A stretch of 59,821 bases of DNA from Lachnospiraceae bacterium. Lineage in GTDB: Bacteria > Bacillota > Clostridia > Lachnospirales > Lachnospiraceae. The translations under genes and the position numbers were made by a program. How positions within the stretch are numbered: the first letter of the stretch is position 1; every line of letters begins with the position of its first letter. This document shows positions 30,819 through 40,482 of the stretch, one piece after another. The notes beneath the pieces were generated by a model. The model did not search any database. It was given only the letters and a program-made list of their open reading frames with translations, and had not been told where the DNA came from. Where the stretch lies: the NCBI GenBank assembly GCA_022768825.1, contig JALEJB010000043.1, positions 1 through 59,821 of the forward strand, read 5' to 3'.

Positions 30819-31664
30819 TCAATAAAATGTCTTTACCACATTTCCGATCACCAGATTCCATCCATCTGCCAAAATAAACAAAAGAATCTTGAACGGCATG
30901 GAGATCGTCGTCGGCGGCAGCATCATCATACCCATGGACATCAATATGGATGATACGACCATATCAATGACAATAAACGGGATATAGATCAAAAATCCTA
31001 TGATAAATGCTGTCCGAAGCTCACTTACCAGAAAAGCCGGAATCAAAACTGTCGTCGGAATATCCTCTTTTTCTTCATAGGTCACACCGGCAATATCGCA
31101 AAACAGATCCGCATCCTTTGTCTCCGTCTGCTCATACATAAACTCACGGATCGGCTGCATCCCGGCTTCAAATGCTTCTTCCTGGGTGATCGTTCCCGCA
31201 TCCAGCGGTTTGATTGCATTTTCATTGATCTCAGTAAAAACCGGTGACATAATCATGAACGTCAAAAACAGCGCCAATCCAATCAATACCTGGTTTGGTG
31301 GTGCTGTCTGCGTGCCCAGTGCCGCACGTGTAAAATGCAACACAATCAGTATTCGTGTGAAGCTCGTCAGCATGATCAGAATCGATGGTGCTAACGAAAG
31401 AACCGTAAGAACCAAGAGAATGCGAACGGTCGATGACATCGTACCATTCTCGTTGTTGTAGATAATTGATAATCCATTGGTTGCATCCGTCGCTGCATCC
31501 GCGACCTCACCGCCCTGTGAAACTGTCAGTTCATCCGTTGTCCCCGGATCTGTAACATTGGCAGCATAGATTTTCTGTTGCCCGAACAGAACCAGTGCCA
31601 AAACAAGGATGGCAAACACAACGGAAAATAAGCAGTATATCTTTTTTGCTTTTGACTGAAACAT
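30819..31664 (-). CDS. fliP: flagellar export protein FliP
   Basis: TSFTRI, PPNQV, MGMMMLPP. Confidence 0.97.
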   Translation of the reverse strand: MFQSKAKKIYCLFSVVFAILVLALVLFGQQKIYAANVTDPGTTDELTVSQGGEVADAATDATNGLSIIYNNENGTMSSTVRILLVLTVLSLAPSILIMLTSFTRILIVLHFTRAALGTQTAPPNQVLIGLALFLTFMIMSPVFTEINENAIKPLDAGTITQEEAFEAGMQPIREFMYEQTETKDADLFCDIAGVTYEEKEDIPTTVLIPAFLVSELRTAFIIGFLIYIPFIVIDMVVSSILMSMGMMMLPPTTISMPFKILLFILADGWNLVIGNVVKTFY

Positions 31665-31705
31665 TTTTTATCCTCTATTACTGTTCTCTATTACTTATCT
31701 CATTA

Positions 31706-32098
31706 CTATTTTTTCGGAAGCTTCTTTTGCAGTGCTTTCTTCGCATCCGCAAATGCATCGGCAAAATTGCCAAGATTTGCAGACTGACTTGGCATCCCTT
31801 CCGGAATATTTTTAATCTCTTCTTTCGTCAGTGTCGCCAACAGCGTCAGCTCATTTTTTCCGACACCAACCACCAGATATTTGTCTTCTCCCGCACGGAT
31901 AATCTCAATGTATTTATTGCCCGGAAGCCGGATCGCCTCTGTGATTGCCAGATTGCCCTGACGCATGTGCTCTTTTTGGTAACCGGCAATCCACTTTGTC
32001 ACATAATAGGTGACAAGCAAAACAAAAACAAATATGATAATTACGGTGATCAATTCGATCGCGCTGTTAAATACAGATCCTACTGCCAATATCATCAT
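31706..32098 (-). CDS. fliO: FliO/FliZ family protein
   Basis: Single TM followed by a beta domain; directly upstream of fliP. Confidence 0.85.
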   Translation of the reverse strand: MMILAVGSVFNSAIELITVIIIFVFVLLVTYYVTKWIAGYQKEHMRQGNLAITEAIRLPGNKYIEIIRAGEDKYLVVGVGKNELTLLATLTKEEIKNIPEGMPSQSANLGNFADAFADAKKALQKKLPKK

Positions 32099-32100
32099 AT

Positions 32101-33294
32101 CTACTTCACAATCTCCGTAATACGAACACCAAAGCTTTCCTCAATGACTACAACCTCTCCTTTGGCAACATATTTGCCATTTACGAGGATATCAATCGGT
32201 TCACCTGCAATACGATTTAACTCAATGATCGTACCAGGTGCAAAATCCAGAATTTCTGAAATCGATTTTGATGTTCGACCCAGTTCCACGGTAACCTCCA
32301 GTGGAACATCCATGATCAGGTCAATATTTTCTTTTGCAAACTGCGCTGCAAACTCGCCGGAAAACGGAGTAAACATCGCAGGCTGTACATTGACCGGCTG
32401 CTGATACATCATCGGATTCATCATTTGCGGGTTCATCATCTGTGGATTCATCATCGGCATTCCCTGCATACCGCTCATATCCATCTGCATTGGCTGTGAC
32501 GCAGGCTGGGGTGCCGGCTCTACTGCCGGTGTCGGAGCTGACTGTGGCGCTGGCTGCGGTGCTGCTTCCTTTGGTGCATCTGCTACTCCGATCTGTGCCT
32601 CTTTCGCATCCATCTCCATATTTTTGGCAATGGACTGGCACATATCTCTCGCAAACGCATACGGATACAGCTGCATGATCTCACTGTCAACCAGATCACC
32701 GATTTCCATACGAAATGAAATCTTTACAAATTCTCCGGAAAGAAATTCATCAATTGATCCCTCGTCCACACCTTCCTGCAGATCGATCAGATCCGCAACA
32801 GGCGGTGAGATATCAATTGTCTTGCTGAGCATCGATGACAGCGAAGTTGCTGATGATCCCATCATCTGATTCATCGCCTCACTGATCGCACTCAGATGCA
32901 ATTCTCCCAACTCTCCGTCCGTATTGGTTCCGTCACCACCCATCATCAGATCCGTGATGATCTTTACATCATTCTCTTTTAACACCAGAATGTTGCTTCC
33001 ATCCAAACCAACGGTATATGCAATTCGAATAAATACACAAGGACGCTCATAATTTCTGACAATGTCATCCCATGTTGCGCTTGTTACAACAGGAGTAGAA
33101 ATCTCTACCTTACGATTGACAAGTGAAAAAAGCGTTGTAGCAGCAGTACCCATACTGATATTGGCAATCTCACCAATGGCATCTTTTTCCTCATCGGTAA
33201 GCGGTCCGTCGTTTGCCGCCGGCTTGCTTGATCCACCACTGTTCGCATTATTCAACAGCGCATTTATTTCGTCCTGTGATAATACTCCATCCAT
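32101..33294 (-). CDS. fliY: flagellar switch phosphatase FliY
   Basis: LSQDEINALL, two CheC-like ExxN motifs, C-terminal FliN domain. Confidence 0.96.
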   Translation of the reverse strand: MDGVLSQDEINALLNNANSGGSSKPAANDGPLTDEEKDAIGEIANISMGTAATTLFSLVNRKVEISTPVVTSATWDDIVRNYERPCVFIRIAYTVGLDGSNILVLKENDVKIITDLMMGGDGTNTDGELGELHLSAISEAMNQMMGSSATSLSSMLSKTIDISPPVADLIDLQEGVDEGSIDEFLSGEFVKISFRMEIGDLVDSEIMQLYPYAFARDMCQSIAKNMEMDAKEAQIGVADAPKEAAPQPAPQSAPTPAVEPAPQPASQPMQMDMSGMQGMPMMNPQMMNPQMMNPMMYQQPVNVQPAMFTPFSGEFAAQFAKENIDLIMDVPLEVTVELGRTSKSISEILDFAPGTIIELNRIAGEPIDILVNGKYVAKGEVVVIEESFGVRITEIVK

Positions 33295-33298
33295 CTGA

Positions 33299-34279
33299 TC
33301 ACTGTTCCTCTCTAATTACTGATGTAATCCGCACTGCATAGTCTTCATCCGAAGATCCCGGCAGTGCTGTAAATTTTCTGATATTTCCCACATATACGTC
33401 CAGTTCCGAATCTACCTTTGTATCCAGCTTGATGATATCACCCGGCTGTAAACCGACAAAGTCGGAAACCTGTATATAGGTTTTTCCAAGTATTGCCTTA
33501 ACCGGTATCGGCGCATGTTCGATCAATGTCTCGATCACTTCCTGATAGGAAGTCTCATTTTTTACCTGCATGTTGGAATACCAGAACTTCGTATTCAGTT
33601 TATCCATGACAGGCTCCAATGTGATAAACGGAAGACAGATGTTCATCAACCCTTCCGCATCACCGATCTTGACGTTGATCGTTACAATTGCAATCATTTC
33701 ACCGGGCGAAATGATCTGCGCAAACTGTGAATTGGTCTCGATCCGCTGCAATCTCGGGTGGATCTCCGTAACATTTGCCCACGGCTCCCGAAGGAGATTG
33801 ACACAGATATTCATGATCCTTTCAATGATCAAAAGCTCGATTTCCGAAAAATCTCGCGTTTTATCCAGCGGAAGTCCGACTCCGCCGAGCATACGATCTA
33901 CGATCGCATAGCCCAAACCCGAAGCTACCTCCATCAAAATATCGCCGCCAAGCGGTGCAAATTCGATCACTCCAAGCAAAACCGGATTTGACAACGCATT
34001 GGAAAACTCGGAATAAGTAACTGCCTCTGAGTTCATGACCTCCACCTGTATATTCTTTCGAAGATAGACAGGAAGGTTGGTAGAAAGCAATCGACCGTAA
34101 TGTTCAAAAATGATCTCCAGTGTACGAAGGTGTTCCTTTGAAAACTTAGACGGGCGGGCAAAATCATAATTTTTTACTTGTTTGTCACTACTGTCTTTGA
34201 CGTCATCCGGATCTATCTCGCCGCTGTTCAACTGCTGCAGCAACGAGTCAATTTCATTTTGTGACAATACGTCACCCAT
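33299..34279 (-). CDS. fliM: flagellar switch protein FliM
   Basis: LSQNEIDSLL, YDFARP. Confidence 0.97.
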   Translation of the reverse strand: MGDVLSQNEIDSLLQQLNSGEIDPDDVKDSSDKQVKNYDFARPSKFSKEHLRTLEIIFEHYGRLLSTNLPVYLRKNIQVEVMNSEAVTYSEFSNALSNPVLLGVIEFAPLGGDILMEVASGLGYAIVDRMLGGVGLPLDKTRDFSEIELLIIERIMNICVNLLREPWANVTEIHPRLQRIETNSQFAQIISPGEMIAIVTINVKIGDAEGLMNICLPFITLEPVMDKLNTKFWYSNMQVKNETSYQEVIETLIEHAPIPVKAILGKTYIQVSDFVGLQPGDIIKLDTKVDSELDVYVGNIRKFTALPGSSDEDYAVRITSVIREEQ

Positions 34280-34317
34280 CTGCTCTCACCACCTTTTGTT
34301 TCTAACTCATTCGGCTA

Positions 34318-34830
34318 TTATTCGTAATTGATCTGCGGGAAGCTTACGTCAATAATAAAATTCGAATCATACAGTCCCTGCAGTCTCTCTAAGATCATCT
34401 TCTGGGCTTCTTCCATATTATTCTTCAGATCTTCCTTCGTAAATGATGAGATCACATCATTTACAACTCCCTTGATCAGGTTCACATTATCCGTCACAAG
34501 CACGCTTTTTTTCTCATAATCTTCATTCGTCGTGTCCATGGAAATGGAGAAGTTGACGATGGCATAATGCTCTGTACCATCCTGACTGTCCTTCAGATTG
34601 ATCGTCATCGATGATTCCGGTGTAAATGTCGCAATATCCTCAATCTTTACGGAAGACAGGTTTGCATTTCTTCCGCTTGCAAGCTCTAAATTCAAAGCTG
34701 TGCAAATCTCCGTGATCAATGCATTACTCCGTTTTGCCGAAGGCACAATGCTGATCATTGTAATTGCCGTCAAAACCAGATTTACAACAACCAATGCCAG
34801 GATCAAAACAGACATCAGATTTTTTTTCAT
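34318..34830 (-). CDS. fliL: flagellar basal body protein FliL
   Basis: N-terminal TM, TINL motif, located between motB and fliM. Confidence 0.85.
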   Translation of the reverse strand: MKKNLMSVLILALVVVNLVLTAITMISIVPSAKRSNALITEICTALNLELASGRNANLSSVKIEDIATFTPESSMTINLKDSQDGTEHYAIVNFSISMDTTNEDYEKKSVLVTDNVNLIKGVVNDVISSFTKEDLKNNMEEAQKMILERLQGLYDSNFIIDVSFPQINYE

Positions 34831-34867
34831 AACAAGTTCCTTTCCGAATGTTGTATCATTCCAAAAT

Positions 34868-35782
34868 TTAGTCCATCGAATTATAGGAATTGTAAATTTT
34901 GATTACAACTCTTCGATTTAAAGCGCGTCCCTCAGCCGTTGTATTATCCGCGATCGGAACAAAATCTCCCCGTCCGGAGGATTTGATTTTTCCCGGATCA
35001 ACGGATGTGATCTCCCGCAGATAATCTGCCACAGACAGGGCGCGATACATGGATAGCACATTGTTATCCTCAAAACGGCTGTTGTGAATCGGAACATTAT
35101 CCGTATGTCCCTCCACCTCAATAATGTTGCTCACATAATGATCTAAAATCTTGCCAACCTTATCCACCAATGGAATCGCATCCGTACGGATGATCTCCGA
35201 ACCCGTATCAAATAACACTGCTCCGTTCAAGGTAAGCATGACATACTGTGCGTTAAAGTCCACTTCCACCTGATCCTGCAGTCCATATCTGGCGATCTGC
35301 TCGCCCATCTTTTCTGCCATTTTTTCTGATTCCTGCAATGCTTGTTGCTCGTAACGATCCAGGATCTCCTGATCCGTCAGTTCCGCGGTTGTTTCGCCGC
35401 TCGCATTCTGGTTTCCGTCTTCCGAAACGGTGGAGTCCACACCATCTGTATGGACATCATCCGCATTGTTCATATGCCCTTCCTCGTCAAACTGACCTTT
35501 TCCCTGGGAATTGGCATCCGGATTATAAAAGGTGTCATAATATTGCAGCTGGTTGATACCGGAAGCAACCATTTCTCCGTCACCGATGGACGAAGCACCA
35601 CCTTGTAATACGCTAAAATGCGATTGCAGTGAGGCAATCACCGCCTGAAATTTTTCTTCACTTACTGTCGACATCGAGAACAGCAACACGAAAAAGCAAA
35701 GCAAGAGATTCATCAGATCACTAAAAGTCGCCATCCACGCAGGCGATCCTTTTGGCGGGTCCTCCTGTTTCTGCTTAGCCAC
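34868..35782 (-). CDS. motB: stator B subunit (MotB/MotS/PomB family)
   Basis: WMATFSDLMNLLLCFF; OmpA-like VEGHTD...NRRV. Confidence 0.95.
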   Translation of the reverse strand: MAKQKQEDPPKGSPAWMATFSDLMNLLLCFFVLLFSMSTVSEEKFQAVIASLQSHFSVLQGGASSIGDGEMVASGINQLQYYDTFYNPDANSQGKGQFDEEGHMNNADDVHTDGVDSTVSEDGNQNASGETTAELTDQEILDRYEQQALQESEKMAEKMGEQIARYGLQDQVEVDFNAQYVMLTLNGAVLFDTGSEIIRTDAIPLVDKVGKILDHYVSNIIEVEGHTDNVPIHNSRFEDNNVLSMYRALSVADYLREITSVDPGKIKSSGRGDFVPIADNTTAEGRALNRRVVIKIYNSYNSMD

Positions 35783-36582
35783 TATTCCTCACCTCCGCCG
35801 CCGGCGTCTGAGCCAATTCCTCCACGCAGTGAAGGAGCTAAGAACGTCTTCAATTTTTCTTCTATGACATGAGGATTTTCTCCTGCCTGAATGGACAGAA
35901 GTCCCTCTACAATTACCTGTTTGATCAACATCTCATTATCATTATTCAGCTTCAATTTGGATGCGGTCGGATTGCAGATCCAGTTTGCGATCAAAGATCC
36001 GTACAAAGTCGTCAGCAAAGCAACCGCCATGTTCGGTCCGATCGTCGAAGAATCTGTCAGGTTTTTCAGCATATTTACCAGACCGATCAGTGTTCCGATC
36101 ATTCCCCATGCAGGACCCAATTCTGCCCATTTCTCCCAGAATCCGATCACCTTTTTATGGCGATCTTCGATACACATCAGATCCGTCTCCATAATTCCAC
36201 GCACCAAATCAGGCTCCGTTCCGTCGACTACAAGATTAATGCCTTTCTTTAGGAACTCATCCTGAATCTCAGAAGCAGCCTCTTCCAATGCCAAAAGACC
36301 CTCTTTACGGGCCACGTTTGCTAAATTTATGATACTTGAAATCATCTCGGCAGGATTGTATCCGGGTTCTTTCATGGACATTGCCATACCCTTAAATCCG
36401 GGGCCCAGATCCTTCAGTTTGTTGCAGGCAATTACACCGGCTACCGAACCACCAATGGTAATGATCACCGACGGAACATCAATAAAGTTCGGTAAGAGTG
36501 TAAAACCTCCGTCTCCTGTTACAATTCCAAACACGACCATGACAAGACCTAAGATCAGACCGATCAAAGACGCTAAATCCAA
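35782..36582 (-). CDS. motA: stator A subunit (MotA/MotP/PomA family)
   Basis: ARKEGLLALE, GMIGTLIGL, ALLTTLYG; TTG start. Confidence 0.95.
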   Translation of the reverse strand: MDLASLIGLILGLVMVVFGIVTGDGGFTLLPNFIDVPSVIITIGGSVAGVIACNKLKDLGPGFKGMAMSMKEPGYNPAEMISSIINLANVARKEGLLALEEAASEIQDEFLKKGINLVVDGTEPDLVRGIMETDLMCIEDRHKKVIGFWEKWAELGPAWGMIGTLIGLVNMLKNLTDSSTIGPNMAVALLTTLYGSLIANWICNPTASKLKLNNDNEMLIKQVIVEGLLSIQAGENPHVIEEKLKTFLAPSLRGGIGSDAGGGGEE

Positions 36583-36633
36583 AATCCATTCACCTTCTCA
36601 CTCATAATCTATAGTATAAACATACCTATAATC

Positions 36634-36662
36634 AGTTTACTAAATTTGACTTTTTTTGTCTA
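36634..36662 (-). promoter_or_regulatory. putative internal sigma-A promoter upstream of motA
   Basis: TAGACA-N17-TAAACT in an AT-rich gap. Confidence 0.5.
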
Positions 36663-36698
36663 CTTTTATTTCTATATTTCACAAAAGGAAATATATGT

Positions 36699-36787
36699 AA
36701 AAAAATCGACAGGGATTTTGTCTGAAAACAGACCTCACCGTGTCGAGTATACTATATCTTGGGGAACAATGGAAGACTGTTCCCCAA
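36699..36787 (-). terminator. two hairpins after flgE, the second with a U7 tail
   Basis: TTGGGGAACA/TGTTCCCCAA (36759-36787), then TCGACA..GTCTG-TTTT-CAGAC..TGTCGA-T7 (36699-36746). Confidence 0.65.
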
Positions 36788-36815
36788 AATAATGCATTTT
36801 TATGTCATTTTATGT

Positions 36816-39104
36816 CTATCGTTTCAGATTGGTAAGCTCCTCCAGTAACGTATCCGATACGGTGATCACGCGTGAGTTCGCCTGGAATCCACGCTGGGTC
36901 GTGATCATGGATGTAAACTCACTGGAAAGATCCACATTGGACATCTCCAGCTCTCCGGTTGAGATGCTGCTTCCGTCTGCGGAGATCTCTACTCCGATCC
37001 CATCAAAGTCACCGGAGTTCAATGTCGTCCGGTAACAGTTATCTCCCGTCGCCTCCAGACCTGCCGCATTGGCAAACTGTGCGACCGCAATCTGTCCGAT
37101 CAGAACCGTGTTACCGTTGTCATAGGAACCGTAAATCTTTCCGGTTGTGTCAACAGTCAGTCCGGTCAGAGCACCAAGCTTCTTTCCTTTTCCGATGCCG
37201 TTTGCGTCTCCACCGTCCATCGCAGCAGTACTGCTGGTCTTGTTGTTGTAATTCAGCAGGGATGAAAAATCAATGGTCACATCTTCAAATCCGTCATATC
37301 CGGCAGCGGAAAGCTTGGAAAGATTCAAAGACTGCGACAAGGTATTGGCACTTCCGATATAATCCAATGTTCCGTCTACCGTATTAAACTGAAGGGTAAA
37401 ACCTTCGTTCTTCGGTGTGATGATCGAATAAGAGCCGGTAAACATATTGTATTTTACGATCGCATCACTCGGAAGCTGCTCAGTAAAGATCGGATCATCG
37501 GCTGTCTGAGTCGCAAGATCGGCACCGTTAATAGAGGTGTAGGAATAATCCTGGACCAGTTCTTCGATACCGTATTTATTCACCGGAAGGTCTGCCAGCT
37601 TCTTGATCAATTTTGCTGCATCATTGGTATTTGGCGGGCAGAGCACACCTTCAAAGGTATCTCCGTTCGCATTGGTGATTGGATTGGTTCCATCATAATC
37701 CGGCCAATAGTACAGCTCATCCACATTGTATTTTTCATTACCGGGGGCCTTCGGATCAATACCAAGCTGTTCTAATAAATCGGCAAGATCCTGATCCGAG
37801 AATTTATATCCGGTAATTTCTCCTGACGCATCAGTCACCTCAGTTCCAAGCCCCTGTTTCACCAGCTTGTCGATGGTAATTGTATTATTCAACTGATATG
37901 CAGACGGGTTGGTTGTAGCTACCGGCGGGGTCTTCGTCAAGTCATAATCCACAAATTTCCATTCATCATTGGCACTATCGTAAGTACCTTCCGCAACTGT
38001 TCGTCCGGATGCATCTTTGATGTATGCCTTCTGTCCCGTTCCTGTGGTCGGAGCCAATTCGCTCTTTACGGAAGAAAGTGTCGTATTTCCAGACTCAAAT
38101 ACAACGGTATATCCTTCCGGCAGTGCACCGTTTCCGTTCAGTTCTAACTGGGCATTGACATCTGCCGCATCCAATGCGTATGTATATTTGACGGTTGCTG
38201 TACCACCCTGCGTCGCCGGCGGAGTGGTTGCTTTTGCTTTGATAGCATCCTTGATATCACTCTTGCTCTTGCTCGGATTGAAGCTGTAATTATCGGTGAT
38301 ATTGACACTGCTACCCTGCGTCGAGCTGTTTGCTCCCGGTCCGAACAGATCCTTCAAAGAAACCTTGGAATTCAGGATGGAATTACCCTTGGAATCAATG
38401 ATATCCGTCAGGTTGACCGCATATTTTCCGGTCTGTGTATCCACCGCCTGAATGGCGAATTTCGCTGTATACTGATAGCCCAGATTATCATAGATGAGCA
38501 AGCTCATCGGATATCCGGTTTCCGATGTCATCTGTGTGGAATTGTTGTCTACGACACCGGAACAGCTTGCCTTTGTAGTTGCCTCCGGTGAGGATGTCTG
38601 GTTGTCCGCAGACATGATCTTCAACGCAGATACGGTATCCTTTCGGATCGTTCCTGTATTCTGATCCACGCCCCAGCCCTGAACGGTATAGCCGGTGGAA
38701 CTCATACACAGATTTCCGCTTCCGTCTACATAAAAGGAACCGGCCTTTGTAAAGACGTTCTCCGAACCGTTGTTTACGATAAAAAAGCTGCTGGTGCTCT
38801 TATCTGTGATCTTTAAGTCAAACGGATTTCCGGTCGTCTCTGCCGCACCAGCAGAAGTGATGCTGACCGTGGTAGATCCGGTCGTCACACCGAGACCGAT
38901 CTGTTTTGCATTGACACCACCGGTACCGGTTGTCTCATTTGCTCCGCTTGCACTGGAAATTGTCTGATACATGATTGAACTGAATGTTACACTGGATGAT
39001 TTGAAGGCAACCGTATTTACGTTTGAAATATTGTTACCGATTACATCCATTTTTGTCTGATGTGTCTTCAGACCTGACACAGCAGAATAAAGTGATCTCA
39101 TCAT
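36816..39104 (-). CDS. flgE: flagellar hook protein, unusually long (762 aa)
   Basis: N-terminal MMRSLYSAVSG..GNNISNVNT; C-terminal LEMSNVDLS..QRGFQANSRVIT. Confidence 0.94.
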   Translation of the reverse strand: MMRSLYSAVSGLKTHQTKMDVIGNNISNVNTVAFKSSSVTFSSIMYQTISSASGANETTGTGGVNAKQIGLGVTTGSTTVSITSAGAAETTGNPFDLKITDKSTSSFFIVNNGSENVFTKAGSFYVDGSGNLCMSSTGYTVQGWGVDQNTGTIRKDTVSALKIMSADNQTSSPEATTKASCSGVVDNNSTQMTSETGYPMSLLIYDNLGYQYTAKFAIQAVDTQTGKYAVNLTDIIDSKGNSILNSKVSLKDLFGPGANSSTQGSSVNITDNYSFNPSKSKSDIKDAIKAKATTPPATQGGTATVKYTYALDAADVNAQLELNGNGALPEGYTVVFESGNTTLSSVKSELAPTTGTGQKAYIKDASGRTVAEGTYDSANDEWKFVDYDLTKTPPVATTNPSAYQLNNTITIDKLVKQGLGTEVTDASGEITGYKFSDQDLADLLEQLGIDPKAPGNEKYNVDELYYWPDYDGTNPITNANGDTFEGVLCPPNTNDAAKLIKKLADLPVNKYGIEELVQDYSYTSINGADLATQTADDPIFTEQLPSDAIVKYNMFTGSYSIITPKNEGFTLQFNTVDGTLDYIGSANTLSQSLNLSKLSAAGYDGFEDVTIDFSSLLNYNNKTSSTAAMDGGDANGIGKGKKLGALTGLTVDTTGKIYGSYDNGNTVLIGQIAVAQFANAAGLEATGDNCYRTTLNSGDFDGIGVEISADGSSISTGELEMSNVDLSSEFTSMITTQRGFQANSRVITVSDTLLEELTNLKR

Positions 39105-39185
39105 AATGAAATGACCTCCCATCTTCTGGCGCTTTTCCTATCTTCTCAGTCGTTCGAAGATCTCCGCTTCCCTAAGGTCCAGCGA

Positions 39186-39581
39186 TCATGCGATTACCGC
39201 GCCATCAATATTTGTAAAAATGTGTTCACTTGCGTCTTCCTGATCCATTGCTGTCACAACTGTCTTGTTTGGTACATTGACAATGAATGCCAAAGAATCC
39301 ACAAGTACAAGTGAATCCCTGATTCCCTTCTCGCCTGCCTGTGATACTCCGTCCTCTAAACGTCCGCGCTGCGCATCTGTCAGAGTAATGCTGCGATCAC
39401 TCAGACGATTCATCGCGTGTTTTGAAAATTTCAATTCGCTTTGTTTTTCACACTTGCCTCGCAGTATCTCATCAAAAGATATTTCGGATGTTTGTCCGGA
39501 ATTGTTTATACTTTTTTGAAAATACTGATCCGTCATCTGCTGAATGGAACCAAAATTGTTTGTATGAATACTGTTTATCAT
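39186..39581 (-). CDS. flagellar operon protein (TIGR02530 family)
   Basis: LKFSKHAMNRL...KTVVTAMD...IFTNIDGAV; between flgD and flgE. Confidence 0.88.
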   Translation of the reverse strand: MINSIHTNNFGSIQQMTDQYFQKSINNSGQTSEISFDEILRGKCEKQSELKFSKHAMNRLSDRSITLTDAQRGRLEDGVSQAGEKGIRDSLVLVDSLAFIVNVPNKTVVTAMDQEDASEHIFTNIDGAVIA

Positions 39582-39630
39582 CTCCTGACTCCTTTCTCAG
39601 AACATCAGACCATGAAAAAAGATGTATCCC

Positions 39631-40449
39631 TTATGCCTGAGCTGACACATCTGCATTTTCCGCAGCACTTGTCTGTGTCTCGTCGTTTCCTGTTGTCTCT
39701 TCAGTTTCGGTGTCTGTACCCGCACCCGGATCCACACCTTCTGTCTTCTCCTCTGACTCCTCTTTCTCTTCGTCGTCGGTCACTGCACCATTGTTGATCG
39801 CATCCTGCAAAGCTTTCAGCATGTTCAGCTTTTCTTCTGCCGCAAGTAAGATCTTTAGATCATCTGCATTGATAAAGCCCTTCTGATAATCCGTCATACC
39901 GTCATAGACTGCACGAACGGATGTGATCTGTGCCTCGTCACCAAGCGTCACACCGGCTGCCCCCGGCAGTTTATTTACAAGTTCTTTGAATGTATTCGAA
40001 AGTGTCACAGCATCCATATACTCGGTGTCAGACACTGTATCCAGATCATCCAGATTATACAGTTTTCCGCCAACCGACAAGTATACGTTACTTCCCTCTC
40101 TGGTCACATAATCCACAACGCCTGTGATGTAACTGGTCTCTCCGGTCACGGGATTGGTCGGTTTCATAATGACTGTTTTACCAACCAGATTGTTTGCTTC
40201 CATCTGCTCCATGGTTGCCACCATATTTTCAGAAGCCTCAACCTGTGTAAAGGTTGCCAGCTGACTGACATATTCCGTATTGGACTGCGGCTCCAACGGA
40301 TCCTGATACTGCATCTGTGCTACCATCAATTTCAAGAAATCCTCTTTGCCCAATGCGCCCGGTTCTTTCTCGTTCTTCTTTGAAAGCGAATTTCCGGTTG
40401 CTGTGTTATCGACAAGCTGTCCGTTTTTTACTTCCTGAACTAATGCCAT
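39631..40449 (-). CDS. flgD: hook capping protein
   Basis: LGKEDFLKLMVAQMQYQDPLEP. Confidence 0.95.
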   Translation of the reverse strand: MALVQEVKNGQLVDNTATGNSLSKKNEKEPGALGKEDFLKLMVAQMQYQDPLEPQSNTEYVSQLATFTQVEASENMVATMEQMEANNLVGKTVIMKPTNPVTGETSYITGVVDYVTREGSNVYLSVGGKLYNLDDLDTVSDTEYMDAVTLSNTFKELVNKLPGAAGVTLGDEAQITSVRAVYDGMTDYQKGFINADDLKILLAAEEKLNMLKALQDAINNGAVTDDEEKEESEEKTEGVDPGAGTDTETEETTGNDETQTSAAENADVSAQA

Positions 40450-40482
40450 ATGTCTCTCCTTTCTCCTGTCCTGTCTTCTCTC

